A DNA stretch of 64,000 bases from NCBI GenBank assembly GCA_043819555.1, contig JBDREQ010000003.1:1-64000 (forward strand). The letters run 5' to 3'. This document shows positions 29,362 through 40,560 of this stretch, one piece after another. The stretch comes from Candidatus Zixiibacteriota bacterium. GTDB lineage: Bacteria; Zixibacteria; MSB-5A5; GN15; JAAZOE01. A model generated the notes under the pieces. The model had not been told where the DNA came from, ran no database searches, and saw only the letters and a program-made list of their open reading frames with translations. How positions within the stretch are numbered: position 1 is the first letter of the stretch; every line of letters starts with the position of its first letter. A program made the translations under genes and the position numbers.

Positions 29362-29390
29362 TTGACCTTTTGACCGTTAAATGCTATACT
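29362..29390 (+). promoter_or_regulatory. Sigma70-type promoter, nearly leaderless, for the MFS gene
   Basis: TTGACC-N17-TATACT with extended TG; ATG at 29400. Confidence 0.65.
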
Positions 29391-29399
29391 TATAAGCAT

Positions 29400-30807
29400 A
29401 TGTCAGGCTTTCGCGATATTATCAAAAAGGATGTAATTTCCTGGGCATTGTACGATTTCGCCAATACCATATATTCCATGAATATCCTGTCTCTCTATTT
29501 CGCCGGCTGGCTGGTCGTTGACATGGGATATAAAGATATTTACTACTCAATGGCATATTCAATTTCAATGTTTGCTTCGGCCATACTTATGCCGGCATTT
29601 GGCTATTTTTCCGATAAACCTTCCAGGTCCTCAGATAAATCATCCCAGAAAAAACTGGTAATGCTTGCAATTTTCACGTTCGGGGCGGTAATCTCTGTAT
29701 TCGCATTTTCTCTGGCTCCGGCATCGGGCATATTTTTAATTTTATTCTTTTTCATGCTATCCAATTTCTTCTTTGAAGGGGGGCATAGTTTTTTATAACG
29801 CTCTTTTGGATTCAGTCTCCAATAGCGGAAATGTGGGAAAGATATCGGGTTTTGGAGTTGCCCTTGGTTATCTTGGGTCAATCGTCGGCATGATACTGGT
29901 TTTGCCATTTGTCACCGGCTCTTTATTTGGTCTTGAAATTCCTTTTATATCGGCTGGAGGTAAATCGGCGGCATTTTTGCCAACAGCCATCTATTTCGCA
30001 ATTTTCGCCATACCGATTTTTCTGTTTGTTCGGGAAAAAACAATAACGCGTTCTGTTCATATCAATAATACTACGGATAGCCATAGTCTGTTGACCGCAT
30101 ATAAAAATGTCTGGAAATCACTGACATCGACAAAAAAGTACCCCGGATTACTGCGATTTCTGATTTCCGATTATTTTTTTGAAGACGCGATTGCCACGGT
30201 AATTATTTTCATGGCCGTATTCATTGAACGAGTGCTGGGAATGGGAGACAGCGAGAAAACTTTATTTATGATGATCTCAACGGTATTCGCGATGATTGGG
30301 GCTTATATTTTCGGAGTTTTGGCGGATAGATATCATCCCCGGAAAGTGTTATCGTTTATTGTCGGCGGGTGGGTCATAACGCTTGTTGTTTTTTCAGTAA
30401 ACAACGTTCCCACAATTTTCTGGATATCCGGGCCGATTATCGGGATGTTGTTGGGCGGAGTTTGGGCCGTGTCGCGGCCGCTTTTGATTCTCCTAACGCC
30501 TCGGGAAAAACTTGGTGAATTTTTTGGCCTGTTTTCGATTTCCGGTCGAGCCGCGGCAATTTGCGGACCGATGGTCTGGGGTGCGGTCGTTTATTTGTTC
30601 TCTCAGGATTTTTTTATAGGGCAGGTTATTGGCAGGTTATTTGATTTATCGGATGTTGCCGCAACGAAGCTGCCATATCGTCTGGGTGTATTGGCATTGG
30701 CGATAATGATGGCATTTGGATTGTACATTTTTAGAAAGGTTCCTTTAGTTGAAAGAGAAATCGATGCGTGCTCAAACAATAGAATATTATCAGAAACGGG
30801 CGGCTGA
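29400..30807 (+). pseudogene. UMF1/Atg22-like MFS transporter split by a +1 frameshift (or sequencing error)
   Basis: SWALYDFAN start; deleting one G from G6 at 29778-29783 joins FFEG to GIVFYNALL...GKISGFG.ALGYLG. Confidence 0.8.
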
Positions 30808-31414
30808 ATACGATAAGATTTACTACCGCGATAATCCGGAGCGCCAGGCGGAATTAAAAGACCTGTACCTTTTATCCCAAAATGCTCTGGCGGGGCGGTC
30901 GGTACTCGATGTAGCCTGCGGGACCGGTTTTTGGACGCGGATAATTTCAGAACAGGCGCGCAAGATAACGGGAATTGATATCAATCAAACGACTCTTGAT
31001 AAAGCCGGTACAAAGGAATTCGGATGCCCGGTTGAATTTATTACCGGTGACTGGCGGAAAATGCCGGAAACAAATAAACAATTCGACGGACTTTTGATGA
31101 CTTATGTTTTATCCCATGTTAAAAGGCAGGATAACGATGCTCTGCGGGAAGCGATAAAGAGCATTATTCCCCCTGGCTCACCGGCGTTTTTATGCGATAA
31201 TAATTTATTATGTGAGATGGAGAGAGAATTAATCTGGGATGAGGATGGGATAAACTCCTATAAATTGAGAAAACTCGAAAACGGGGAGGAGTTTACGATT
31301 CTCAAGAATTATTTTGATAAAGAGGAATTGCTTCTGGTTTTTGAGAGGTGGGGGAAAGTGAACAAGTTTATTTTTAAGGATTATTATTGGGCGGCCGTAT
31401 TGAATCTGGAGTAA
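30764..31414 (+). CDS. Class I SAM-dependent methyltransferase
   Basis: YY..RAAEYD; VLDVACGTG; GIDI. Confidence 0.9.
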   Translation: MRAQTIEYYQKRAAEYDKIYYRDNPERQAELKDLYLLSQNALAGRSVLDVACGTGFWTRIISEQARKITGIDINQTTLDKAGTKEFGCPVEFITGDWRKMPETNKQFDGLLMTYVLSHVKRQDNDALREAIKSIIPPGSPAFLCDNNLLCEMERELIWDEDGINSYKLRKLENGEEFTILKNYFDKEELLLVFERWGKVNKFIFKDYYWAAVLNLE

Positions 31415-31421
31415 ATATGTT

Positions 31422-32456
31422 ATGGAACAAAATGTTATAACAGGCGTCATTCATGTGCATACAACTGACTCGGACGGGACGAAAAGCCATGAAGCTATTA
31501 CCCGGATAGCAGGGGAGGTTGGCCTTGATTTTATAATTTTTGCCGATCATATGACTCTTCAATCGTTGCACGACGGCCGCGAAGGATTCTACGATAATGT
31601 TCTGGCTCTTATTGGGTACGAGCATAACGATACCGACGACTGTAACCATTTTTTAATATTTGATAATAACGAAGTATTTTCCGCAAGTTGGGAGGCGGCT
31701 GAGTATGTAACCGCCGCGGCTGACAAGGGAGCTATCGGAATTATAGCCCATCCTGATGAAATCCGGGGTCGCGACGCCAGGTTTCGTTCCTATCCCTGGA
31801 CGGACTGGTCAGTTACCCGGTTTGACGGCATCGAAATCTGGAATCAGATGTCTGAATGGATGGAAAATTTGAAATTCTATAATCAGCTCCGAATGGTTTT
31901 CTCTCCTCGTAAATTTTTGCGCTCTCCTACCGATAGAATTCTACGAAAATGGGATGAACTCAGTTCTAAACGCAAAGTTGTCGGGATCGCCTCGGTCGAT
32001 GCCCATGGATTTTTGTATCGTGCCGGACCTTTGAAATTGACCATTTTCCCATATAAAGTCCAATTTAAAACTCTGCGTTCTCATTTGATATTGCCGGAAC
32101 CGCTCTCACGAGATTTTATGACAGCGAAAAGACAAGTTTACGGAGCTATTCGAGACGCACGCGTATTTATGTCAAATTATCGGTGGGGCGACGCCAGCAA
32201 TTTTAGATTTGATATTTCAAATGGCACAGAATTGGTGACGATAGGAGGCACAATTCATATCGACGATAATACTAAGGTAAAGATATCGGTCCCTACTAAA
32301 AACAAGATAAGGATTATTCATGACGGCAATTGTATATTTGAATCTCAATCGCGAGAAATAGAATTAAATATAAGCGAAGCTGGCACGTATCGGGTGGAAG
32401 TTTATCGCAGCCGCAAAGGCTGGATATTTACCAATCACATCAGGGTAATTTCTTAG
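31422..32456 (+). CDS. PHP-fold (CehA/McbA-like) metallohydrolase
   Basis: HVHT..SDG, DH, GYE, AHP, GIEIWN, DAH. Confidence 0.85.
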   Translation: MEQNVITGVIHVHTTDSDGTKSHEAITRIAGEVGLDFIIFADHMTLQSLHDGREGFYDNVLALIGYEHNDTDDCNHFLIFDNNEVFSASWEAAEYVTAAADKGAIGIIAHPDEIRGRDARFRSYPWTDWSVTRFDGIEIWNQMSEWMENLKFYNQLRMVFSPRKFLRSPTDRILRKWDELSSKRKVVGIASVDAHGFLYRAGPLKLTIFPYKVQFKTLRSHLILPEPLSRDFMTAKRQVYGAIRDARVFMSNYRWGDASNFRFDISNGTELVTIGGTIHIDDNTKVKISVPTKNKIRIIHDGNCIFESQSREIELNISEAGTYRVEVYRSRKGWIFTNHIRVIS

Positions 32457-32594
32457 CCTCTGGCATCTTATTTTATAACCCAGGATCATTGTTTGGTTGT
32501 CCTAACGTATTGCAAATGATATGATTATAATAAGGGCCAATCGACCTGCGAAAATTGCGCCTGAGTTGCCATACTCAATAAATCTAAATATTTA

Positions 32595-32623
32595 TTGACA
32601 CAATTGGGTATTGTTATTACTAT
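32595..32623 (+). promoter_or_regulatory. Sigma70 promoter of the nuo operon
   Basis: TTGACA-N17-TACTAT. Confidence 0.75.
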
Positions 32624-32651
32624 GGCGGTCAACTATTTGGGACGGATGCAA

Positions 32652-33008
32652 ATGTTTGAAATATTCTACCCGATACTGGTTTTAGTTCTTCTGGCAAGCG
32701 GTGCGGCAGCGGCCATGTTTGTTTTGTCGATTATTGTCGGCAAAAGAACCAAAGGTGAAACCAAGTCTGAGCCGTATGAAAGTGGAATTGCACCGACCGG
32801 CGATACCAAAGAGAGATTTTCCATAAAATTCTATATGATTGCCATTCTCTTCATCGTTTTTGATCTGGAAGTGGTATTTTTATATCCCTGGGCAGTAATC
32901 TACAATGAATTAGCATTGTTTGGGCTAATAGAAATGGCAGTTTTTATCGCGATTCTGCTGGTTGGCTATATTTATGTTTTAAGAGCGGGAGCTTTGAAGT
33001 GGGATTAG
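32652..33008 (+). CDS. nuoA: NADH-quinone oxidoreductase subunit A
   Basis: [33 protein letters not shown]. Confidence 0.96.
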   Translation: MFEIFYPILVLVLLASGAAAAMFVLSIIVGKRTKGETKSEPYESGIAPTGDTKERFSIKFYMIAILFIVFDLEVVFLYPWAVIYNELALFGLIEMAVFIAILLVGYIYVLRAGALKWD

Positions 33009-33487
33009 AAGAAAAAATCCCGGATGGGGTCATTCTATCCACCGTTGATTTCTTTGTCAACTGGTCGCGCAAATCGTCGATGTGGCCCTTTGGTTTCGGA
33101 CTGGCCTGTTGCGCGATAGAAATGATTTCGACCTTCGCTTCTCATTATGATCTCTCTCGTTTCGGAATGGAAGTAATGCGGCCATCGCCGCGTCAAGCCG
33201 ATTTGATGATTGTCGCGGGACGGGTTTCCAATAAAATGGCTCCGGTTATTAAACGGCTTTACGAACAGATGCCTAATCCCAAATGGGTCATTTCTATGGG
33301 AGCCTGCGCTTCGTGCGGCGGAGTTTTTAATAATTATGCGATATTGCAGGGTGTTGATCGGATAATTCCGGTTGATATTTACATCCCCGGATGTCCGCCG
33401 CGACCCGAACAACTGATTGACGGTATTATGAAGCTGCATCAGAAGGTAATGAAAGAGTCGCTGAAAGATAAAAAAGGAGCGGCCTGA
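32999..33487 (+). CDS. nuoB: NADH-quinone oxidoreductase subunit B
   Basis: [28 protein letters not shown]. Confidence 0.97.
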   Translation: MGLEEKIPDGVILSTVDFFVNWSRKSSMWPFGFGLACCAIEMISTFASHYDLSRFGMEVMRPSPRQADLMIVAGRVSNKMAPVIKRLYEQMPNPKWVISMGACASCGGVFNNYAILQGVDRIIPVDIYIPGCPPRPEQLIDGIMKLHQKVMKESLKDKKGAA

Positions 33488-33524
33488 AATTAAAAAGGCC
33501 ACTTTATTTCTTGAATAGATTAGA

Positions 33525-34058
33525 ATGAATCAGGAAAAGCTGACAATTAAAGAACAGGAAGTGCTGAACGCGCTCAAAGATCAGTTCGGTGATGTCGTAT
33601 CCGGGCATGATAAGATTCGCGATCAACTATCGATATTTGTTGACAGCAGCCTGATATTCAATATCGCCCAGTTTCTAAAAGATAATGAAAAATGCGGATT
33701 TGAGATCATTTCCGATATTTGCGGGGTTGACTGGATCGACTGCCCGGAAATGCGATTCGAAATCGTTTATGTCTTTTACTCTGTTCGAAACAGTACGCGG
33801 ATATTAATTCGTACGACAATACCGGATGAGGAAGAACCAAAGATTCTATCGATACAGCCGGTTTATCCCGGTGCGGATTGGCTGGAGCGGGAAGTTTATG
33901 ATATGCTGGGTATCGTCTTTGAAGGACACCCCGATCTCAGGCGGATTATAACGCCTGAAGGATTGGAAGGCTGGCCGCATCGCAAAGATTTTCCATTGAC
34001 TTATGAAATGCCTCAATTCAGTCATAATAAAAATAAACCGCCGGAGATTATTAAATGA
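33525..34058 (+). CDS. nuoC: NADH-quinone oxidoreductase subunit C
   Basis: WLEREVYDMLGI.FEGHPDLRRI, HRKDFPL. Confidence 0.96.
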   Translation: MNQEKLTIKEQEVLNALKDQFGDVVSGHDKIRDQLSIFVDSSLIFNIAQFLKDNEKCGFEIISDICGVDWIDCPEMRFEIVYVFYSVRNSTRILIRTTIPDEEEPKILSIQPVYPGADWLEREVYDMLGIVFEGHPDLRRIITPEGLEGWPHRKDFPLTYEMPQFSHNKNKPPEIIK

Positions 34059-35236
34059 GCGCCGTCGCTTCTGAAAAAACGATGACGATTAATCTCGGGC
34101 CGCAACACCCCGCGACTCATGGCGTTCTGCGCGTTGTCCTTGAAATCGACGGTGAAACAATCATTAAGGCGACGCCTCATCTTGGATATCTGCATACCGG
34201 AATTGAGAAAACGGCTGAAAGCAAGCTTTATTATAAAGTAATCCCGATGACCGACCGCATGGATTATCTGTCACCAATGTCAAATAATCTTGGCTATGTT
34301 CTGGCGATCGAAAAGCTTTTGGGTATTGAAGTTCCGGAAAAAGTTAAATTTGCCCGAGTTCTCCTTTCGGAAATAACCCGGCTCAATAGCCATATTGTAT
34401 GGCTCGGCACACATGCTCTTGATGTCGGAGCCATGTCGATGCTGCTTTATACTTTTCGTGAACGCGAACTTATTATGGATGTATATGAAGCGGTATCCGG
34501 ACAGCGCATGATGTCGACGTATTTCCGTGTTGGAGGTCTGGCGCACGATTTACCTCTTGATTTTGACGAAAAGATCAAGAAAATCCTGAAAGTATTCCCG
34601 GAAAAACTTAAAGATTATGAGAGGCTTCTTTCGAACAACCGAATTTGGATTAAAAGATTAAGCGGAATTGGTACTCTAACGGCAGAAGAAGCTCTTGATT
34701 TATCCCTGACAGGACCGCTTTTGCGTTCGACCGGGGTTAATTATGATATCCGTAAGGCTCAGCCGTATTCAGGTTATGAAAAATTTGATTTTGATGTTCC
34801 CTTGGGCAAAACCGGTGATTGTTATGACCGTTATTTAATCCGGATGGAGGAAATGCGGCAATCGTTGAAGATTATCAAGCAGGCTCTGGATGGTATGCCT
34901 GAGGGGTCCTACCAGGCTGATGTTCCGGGTGTAGTATTGCCTCCCAAGCCAAAAGTTCTGACGGAAATGGAAGCCCTGATTTATCATTTCAAAATAATCA
35001 CAGAGGGCTTTAAGGTTCCGGCCGGTTCTTATTATCAGGCGATTGAGGCGCCCAAGGGTGAATTAGGCTATTATATGGTCTCTGACGGTTCGGCCAAACC
35101 GTATCGGATGCGAGTGCGTCCGCCATCGTTTATTAATTTGCAGGCTTTGGAACCGATGGTCCGAGGGGCTCTAATCGCTGACGTCATAACCTGTATTGGT
35201 TCGATAGATATTGTTCTGGGTGAGGTTGATCGATGA
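34055..35236 (+). CDS. nuoD: NADH-quinone oxidoreductase subunit D
   Basis: GPQHPATHGVLR, DRMDY, EAPKGE, DIVLGEVDR. Confidence 0.97.
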   Translation: MSAVASEKTMTINLGPQHPATHGVLRVVLEIDGETIIKATPHLGYLHTGIEKTAESKLYYKVIPMTDRMDYLSPMSNNLGYVLAIEKLLGIEVPEKVKFARVLLSEITRLNSHIVWLGTHALDVGAMSMLLYTFRERELIMDVYEAVSGQRMMSTYFRVGGLAHDLPLDFDEKIKKILKVFPEKLKDYERLLSNNRIWIKRLSGIGTLTAEEALDLSLTGPLLRSTGVNYDIRKAQPYSGYEKFDFDVPLGKTGDCYDRYLIRMEEMRQSLKIIKQALDGMPEGSYQADVPGVVLPPKPKVLTEMEALIYHFKIITEGFKVPAGSYYQAIEAPKGELGYYMVSDGSAKPYRMRVRPPSFINLQALEPMVRGALIADVITCIGSIDIVLGEVDR

Positions 35237-35724
35237 TATTGAAAGATACCACCATTCAGGAAATGAAGAAGCGCATGGAGCGTTACCCATCGCGCCGTTC
35301 AGCTATTTTGCCGGCCCTGACGGCGGCCTATAAGCAAACCGGGCATCTCAACGAAGAAATATATCGAGAGATTTCAAGGGCGATACAGGTTCCTTATGTT
35401 GAAATCGCTGAAGCGGCGACGTTTTATACCATGTTTCCCAAGAAGGAAGTTGGCCGGTATTTAATACATGTATGTCATAATATCTCCTGCTCACTGCGGG
35501 GAGCCGATAATATGCTTGAATATCTGCAGGAAAAGCTTGGAATTGGCATGGGCGATACCACCCCGGATAAAATGTTCACTCTGATTTCGGTTGAATGTCT
35601 GGGAGGATGTTCGGCGGCTCCAATGATGCAGATATGGGATACTTATTATGAAAATTTGACGCGCGATAAGATTGATAAGATTTTAACCGATTTGCGGGCT
35701 CATGCGGAAAAGGACAGTGTTTGA
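35233..35724 (+). CDS. nuoE: NADH-quinone oxidoreductase subunit E
   Basis: ATFY, CHNISC...ECLGGC 2Fe-2S motif. Confidence 0.96.
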   Translation: MILKDTTIQEMKKRMERYPSRRSAILPALTAAYKQTGHLNEEIYREISRAIQVPYVEIAEAATFYTMFPKKEVGRYLIHVCHNISCSLRGADNMLEYLQEKLGIGMGDTTPDKMFTLISVECLGGCSAAPMMQIWDTYYENLTRDKIDKILTDLRAHAEKDSV

Positions 35725-35725
35725 T

Positions 35726-37006
35726 ATGGAAAAAGTCCTTTTCAAATATATCGATGAACCGGAACAGTGCTGTATTGACAATTACATCAAGAATGGCGGT
35801 TATCGGGCAATTCAGAAGGTGTTCAAAGAGTTTACTCGTGAGAAAGTCATCGAAACGACCAAGCAATCGGGAGTACGGGGAAGAGGCGGGGCCGGATTTC
35901 CGGCCGGTCTTAAATGGGGTTTTGTACCTCAAAATACCGGAAAGCCGATTTATCTGTGCTGCAATGCCGATGAGTCGGAACCGGGAACCTGCAAAGACCG
36001 GGTGTTGATGGAACGAGATCCGCATATGATTATCGAAGGAATTATGATCGCATCGTTTGCCATCAATTGCCATCAGGCCTTTATTTATATCCGGGGCGAA
36101 TTTGTCTATCCTGCCCAGCGTGTTGAACAGGCAGTTGATGAAGCGTACAAGAAGGGATATCTCGGCAGGAATATTTTTGGTTCCGGTTATAATTTGGATA
36201 TTGTCGTACATACCGGAGGCGGGGCATATATTTGCGGTGAAGAAACTTCTTTATTGTCCTCGCTCGAAGGCAGGCGCGGCAATTCGCGTATCCGTCCCCC
36301 ATTTCCGGCCGTCAAAGGACTATATGGCTGTCCGACGGTTGTTAATAACGTCGAAACGCTGGCCAGTTTACCAAGCATTTTTAACAACGGCGTGGAATGG
36401 TATCGTTCGCATGGGACGGAAAAATCTCCGGGGACCAAAATATTTTCATTATCGGGAAACGTTAATCGACCGGGCAACTATGAAGTCGATCTGGGAACGC
36501 CTTTGTCTTATGTCATAAACGATCTGGGCGGCGGTATTCAGGATGGTCACAAGCTCAAAGCAATTATACCGGGCGGATCATCGACGCCTCTTTTGATGCC
36601 AGATCAGATAGATACGCCTCTTGATTATGAATCGATGGCCGAGGCCGGCTCGATGCTTGGCTCCGGTGCCATAATTGTCATCGACGAGCGAGCATGCATG
36701 GTTTGGGTAGCGATGAAGTTGATTAATTTCTATGCCCATGAATCATGTGGCCGGTGCACGCCTTGCCGAGAGGGTACGGCGTGGTTAAAACAAATTATTA
36801 ATCGCATCGAAAACGGCGATGGCCGTACCGGCGATATTGAACTGATCCTGGATATTTGCGACAATATTATTGGCCGGACGATTTGTCCTCTGGGGGATGC
36901 GGCGGTGATGCCAACCAGATCTATAATCGAGCATTTTCGGTATGAGTTTGAATATCACATAGAGCACAAAAACTGTAAAGTGAAAACGGATTATCCGTTT
37001 GTGTAA
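35726..37006 (+). CDS. nuoF: NADH-quinone oxidoreductase subunit F
   Basis: GRGGAGF, NADESEPG, YICGEET, ESCGRCTPCREG, CPLGD. Confidence 0.97.
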   Translation: MEKVLFKYIDEPEQCCIDNYIKNGGYRAIQKVFKEFTREKVIETTKQSGVRGRGGAGFPAGLKWGFVPQNTGKPIYLCCNADESEPGTCKDRVLMERDPHMIIEGIMIASFAINCHQAFIYIRGEFVYPAQRVEQAVDEAYKKGYLGRNIFGSGYNLDIVVHTGGGAYICGEETSLLSSLEGRRGNSRIRPPFPAVKGLYGCPTVVNNVETLASLPSIFNNGVEWYRSHGTEKSPGTKIFSLSGNVNRPGNYEVDLGTPLSYVINDLGGGIQDGHKLKAIIPGGSSTPLLMPDQIDTPLDYESMAEAGSMLGSGAIIVIDERACMVWVAMKLINFYAHESCGRCTPCREGTAWLKQIINRIENGDGRTGDIELILDICDNIIGRTICPLGDAAVMPTRSIIEHFRYEFEYHIEHKNCKVKTDYPFV

Positions 37007-37011
37007 ATAAA

Positions 37012-39567
37012 ATGGCTGGAAACGGAAACAACAACCAGATAACTTTTATCCTTGATGGCCGGCAGGTGACGGTCGCCAAGGGTACGACGATTCTTGAGGC
37101 GGCCCGGCAGGTTGGAGTCGATATTCCCTACTTTTGCTGGCATCCCAAGCTTGATTCAATCGGCGCTTGCCGGATGTGTTTGGTTTCCGTGGAAAAATCC
37201 CCCAAACCGGCAGTGGCCTGCGCGACCGAGGTAATGCCGGATATGATTGTCCGCACCGATACCGAAGAAATTATTAAGGCTCGCCGCGGCGTTTTGGAAT
37301 TTTTGCTTCTTAATCATCCTCTTGATTGTCCCACCTGCGATAAAGGCGGCGAGTGCGATCTTCAGGATAATGTTTTTCGATATGGCGCCGATAAATCACG
37401 CCAGACATTTACTCGTCTTCGCGTTCGTGATGACAGGACGATGCCGACTTTTGATGATAAGCGGATCGGTCCGGAAATCATCCGCAATATGGATCGCTGC
37501 GTTACTTGTTATAAATGCGTTCGTTTTAATAAGGAAATCGCCGGTGAATACGATCTCGGTTCTTATGAACGAGGCCATCATACGGTTATCGATACACCGC
37601 CGGGTGAGCAGATAGATAATTTTTATTCGGGGAATGTGGTTGAGATCTGTCCGGTGGGAGCTTTGACCAATACCGATTGGCGATATAAAGTCAGGGTATG
37701 GAAGACCGAACAGGCTGATTCAATTTGCAGTCACGACGCGGATGGTCAGAATATCAAACTATGGTATGATCATCGTCAGCTTTTCCGGGCTACATCAAGG
37801 CGCAATGATGACGTCGATGAAGGCTGGATTTGCAATGTGGCTCGGTACGGCTATCAATATATCAATAGCCCCGATCGCTTGAAAAAACCGATGATAAAAA
37901 AAGAGGGCAAGCAGGTTGAGGCATCGTGGGATGAGGCGATCGGTCTTATTGCGCGGCGGTTTAAGGAGATTAAAGAATCTAAAGGCAGCGTTTGCATTGC
38001 CGGATTAATAGGCGGAAACCAATCAAATGAAACCTGTTATCTCTTCAATAAATTTTTACGCGGAAAATTGCATTCCAACTCTATCGATTACCGGCTCGAA
38101 TATGCGGAATTGAAACATGACGATGAAAATGAAGCCTATGATAGTTTATTTTGCGCTCCTTGCAAGATAGCTGATTTGGAATCAGCCGATACGGTATTTG
38201 TTTTCGCAAGTAATTTTATTAAAGAGCATCCGGCTGTCAATCTGCGATTACGCAAGGCATATCGAACTGGAGGCGCAAAAGTATATACCGCTAACCCCTA
38301 TGAGACAAAATCGGCCGATATCTCCATTGATGAGTTGATCTATAATCCGGATATGGAAACGGTTTTTCTGGTGGCTGTAATCCACGCCTTAATAGACAAT
38401 AAGCTATGCAAAGGCATCGGCAATGAAAAAGCCGCGGAAATTAAAAATATGCTTGCCCCTGCAACATTGGGCGAAGCGGCAAATTTATGCGGAATCGAAG
38501 AAGTCAGAATTGTGAATCTGGCGCGGGCGCTTTCTGAAGCTGAAAATCTGTTTATTTTGGGTGGAGATTTTATTGCTCGATCTCCCAAACGGCATCGTAT
38601 TGCCAACGCCTTGAATAATCTGGCCAACTTATTGGGCGTTAGCGATCAAAAGGCGGCGATATTGGCATCAAATGCAAATTCAATGGGAGCCGCACGTTTG
38701 GGATTGCGTCCCAATATCCCCAAATCACTGGCAAATCTACTGGCCCAAAAATGGGGTCAAAAAATACCTGATTCTGATGGAGCCAACACATCTCAAATAT
38801 TCAAACGAGCCTTAGATGAGGAAATTGACGCGATATTTATAATGGGCGCCAATCCGGCAATGCGATATCCCGACGGTAATTTCGTCAACGCGGCTTTGGA
38901 TAAGCTTGATTTTCTGGTTGTCGCCGATTTGTTCGAGACAGCGACAAGCGCCAAAGCAGACGTGGTTTTACCATTGGCGGGCTGGTCGGAACAGGACGGA
39001 TCATATCTAAATCTCGAAGGCAGATATCAAAAGTTCTGTCAGGCTTTGGAGCCCGGGCATGGAATCAAAACCGGAGTTGAGATAATCAGGCTGATTGCCC
39101 GCGCCATGGATATGGAACTTGGTCTGGATAATGATGATGAATTGCAATCTGAAGCTCTTGAAATTATCAATGGTTATCAGCGCACGTCTCGAGATATAAA
39201 TGAATTTTACGCGGTTGAACAGCATCAAATACAGGAGCATGGGAAATATCCTTATCGGTTATATGTCGGCAATGATTTGCATCATTTTGGACATTATACT
39301 GAGCATTGCCCTTCGCTGATGCGATTTACATCCGAGCCTTATTTGGAAATATCTCCCAACCTGGCTGAGAGGTTGGGCATTGAAGAAGGCTCACTGGTTA
39401 GAGTTGAATCATCATCCGGGAAATTGGTATTGAAAGCGCATTTATCCGAGCATTTTGAAGGCGAAGTGTTGTTTATCCCGAATAATTTTGCCGCAACCGA
39501 AGTTAATATGTTGATGTCCAAAGAAAACGGCGGTTGGGCAAAAATAGAAAAACTGGACGATAAGTAA
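37012..39567 (+). CDS. nuoG: NADH-quinone oxidoreductase subunit G
   Basis: CWHP...GACRMC, HPLDCPTCDKGGECDLQ, CVTCYKC, CPVGAL; molybdopterin-oxidoreductase-like C-terminus. Confidence 0.95.
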   Translation: MAGNGNNNQITFILDGRQVTVAKGTTILEAARQVGVDIPYFCWHPKLDSIGACRMCLVSVEKSPKPAVACATEVMPDMIVRTDTEEIIKARRGVLEFLLLNHPLDCPTCDKGGECDLQDNVFRYGADKSRQTFTRLRVRDDRTMPTFDDKRIGPEIIRNMDRCVTCYKCVRFNKEIAGEYDLGSYERGHHTVIDTPPGEQIDNFYSGNVVEICPVGALTNTDWRYKVRVWKTEQADSICSHDADGQNIKLWYDHRQLFRATSRRNDDVDEGWICNVARYGYQYINSPDRLKKPMIKKEGKQVEASWDEAIGLIARRFKEIKESKGSVCIAGLIGGNQSNETCYLFNKFLRGKLHSNSIDYRLEYAELKHDDENEAYDSLFCAPCKIADLESADTVFVFASNFIKEHPAVNLRLRKAYRTGGAKVYTANPYETKSADISIDELIYNPDMETVFLVAVIHALIDNKLCKGIGNEKAAEIKNMLAPATLGEAANLCGIEEVRIVNLARALSEAENLFILGGDFIARSPKRHRIANALNNLANLLGVSDQKAAILASNANSMGAARLGLRPNIPKSLANLLAQKWGQKIPDSDGANTSQIFKRALDEEIDAIFIMGANPAMRYPDGNFVNAALDKLDFLVVADLFETATSAKADVVLPLAGWSEQDGSYLNLEGRYQKFCQALEPGHGIKTGVEIIRLIARAMDMELGLDNDDELQSEALEIINGYQRTSRDINEFYAVEQHQIQEHGKYPYRLYVGNDLHHFGHYTEHCPSLMRFTSEPYLEISPNLAERLGIEEGSLVRVESSSGKLVLKAHLSEHFEGEVLFIPNNFAATEVNMLMSKENGGWAKIEKLDDK

Positions 39568-40559
39568 TGGCTGATTTAACGTTTGCAGCTATAATAACCG
39601 CCAAAGTGATTGTGATATTCTTAGCTGTTTTGACAGGTGTCGCTTACTCCACCTGGCTGGAACGCAAACTGCTTGGCCATATTCAGCATCGTATGGGTCC
39701 GACTTATGTAGGGCCGTTCGGTCTTTTGCAGCCGCTGGCAGACGGATTAAAACTCCTATTTAAAGAAGATTTGGTGCTAAGCCGGGCGGAACGGATGATA
39801 CATGCCATCGCGCCTCTTATCGCATTTGTCCCGGGATTCCTGGCTTTTGCCGTGGTTCCAATCGGGGAACCAATCGAACTGTTTGGATATACTATTCCGC
39901 TTACAATTTCGGATTTAAATATTGGCATTCTATTTATTTTAGCGACGACGTCTCTTGGAGTTTATGGAATCGCCCTTGGGGGCTGGGCATCCGGCTCGAA
40001 ATACTCGCTTTTGGGAGGAATTCGTTCCTCGGCCCAGATGATTTCTTATGAAGTTTCATATGGACTGGCATTAGTTCCAATATTAATGATGGCCGGGACT
40101 TTTTCTTTAAAAGAAATTGTTGCCCAACAGGCATCGGTCTGGGATTGGTATGTATTTAAAAATCCGGTGGCCTTTTTGATTTTCTGGATTTGCGCCATCG
40201 CGGAAACAAATCGAGCGCCATTTGATATGGCCGAAGCGGAATCGGAGTTGGTCGGCGGGTATCATACCGAATATTCATCGATGCGTTTTTCGATGTTCTT
40301 TATTGGTGAATATGCCAATATGTTGACAGCCTCGGCGGTAGTGGTTACTCTATTCTTTGGCGGATGGAATGGACCGTTTTGGCCGGGTCCGTGGTGGCTG
40401 GCAGCCAAGATAGTTTTCTTCATGGCGATGTATATCTGGATTCGCGCAACATTCCCGCGCGTTCGTTATGATCAACTGATGAAAATGGGCTGGAAAGTGT
40501 TTTTCCCCATTGCCCTTTTAAACGTCCTGGTAACGGGAATAGTAATGTATTTGTGGTAA
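39567..40559 (+). CDS. nuoH: NADH-quinone oxidoreductase subunit H
   Basis: ERK, GLLQPLADGLKL, ETNRAPFD..EAESEL, RYDQLM. Confidence 0.97.
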   Translation: MADLTFAAIITAKVIVIFLAVLTGVAYSTWLERKLLGHIQHRMGPTYVGPFGLLQPLADGLKLLFKEDLVLSRAERMIHAIAPLIAFVPGFLAFAVVPIGEPIELFGYTIPLTISDLNIGILFILATTSLGVYGIALGGWASGSKYSLLGGIRSSAQMISYEVSYGLALVPILMMAGTFSLKEIVAQQASVWDWYVFKNPVAFLIFWICAIAETNRAPFDMAEAESELVGGYHTEYSSMRFSMFFIGEYANMLTASAVVVTLFFGGWNGPFWPGPWWLAAKIVFFMAMYIWIRATFPRVRYDQLMKMGWKVFFPIALLNVLVTGIVMYLW

Positions 40560-40560
40560 T

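Noticed and set aside
32595..32651. N-terminal extension of NuoA
   Set aside because: The TTG is the -35 box of the operon promoter
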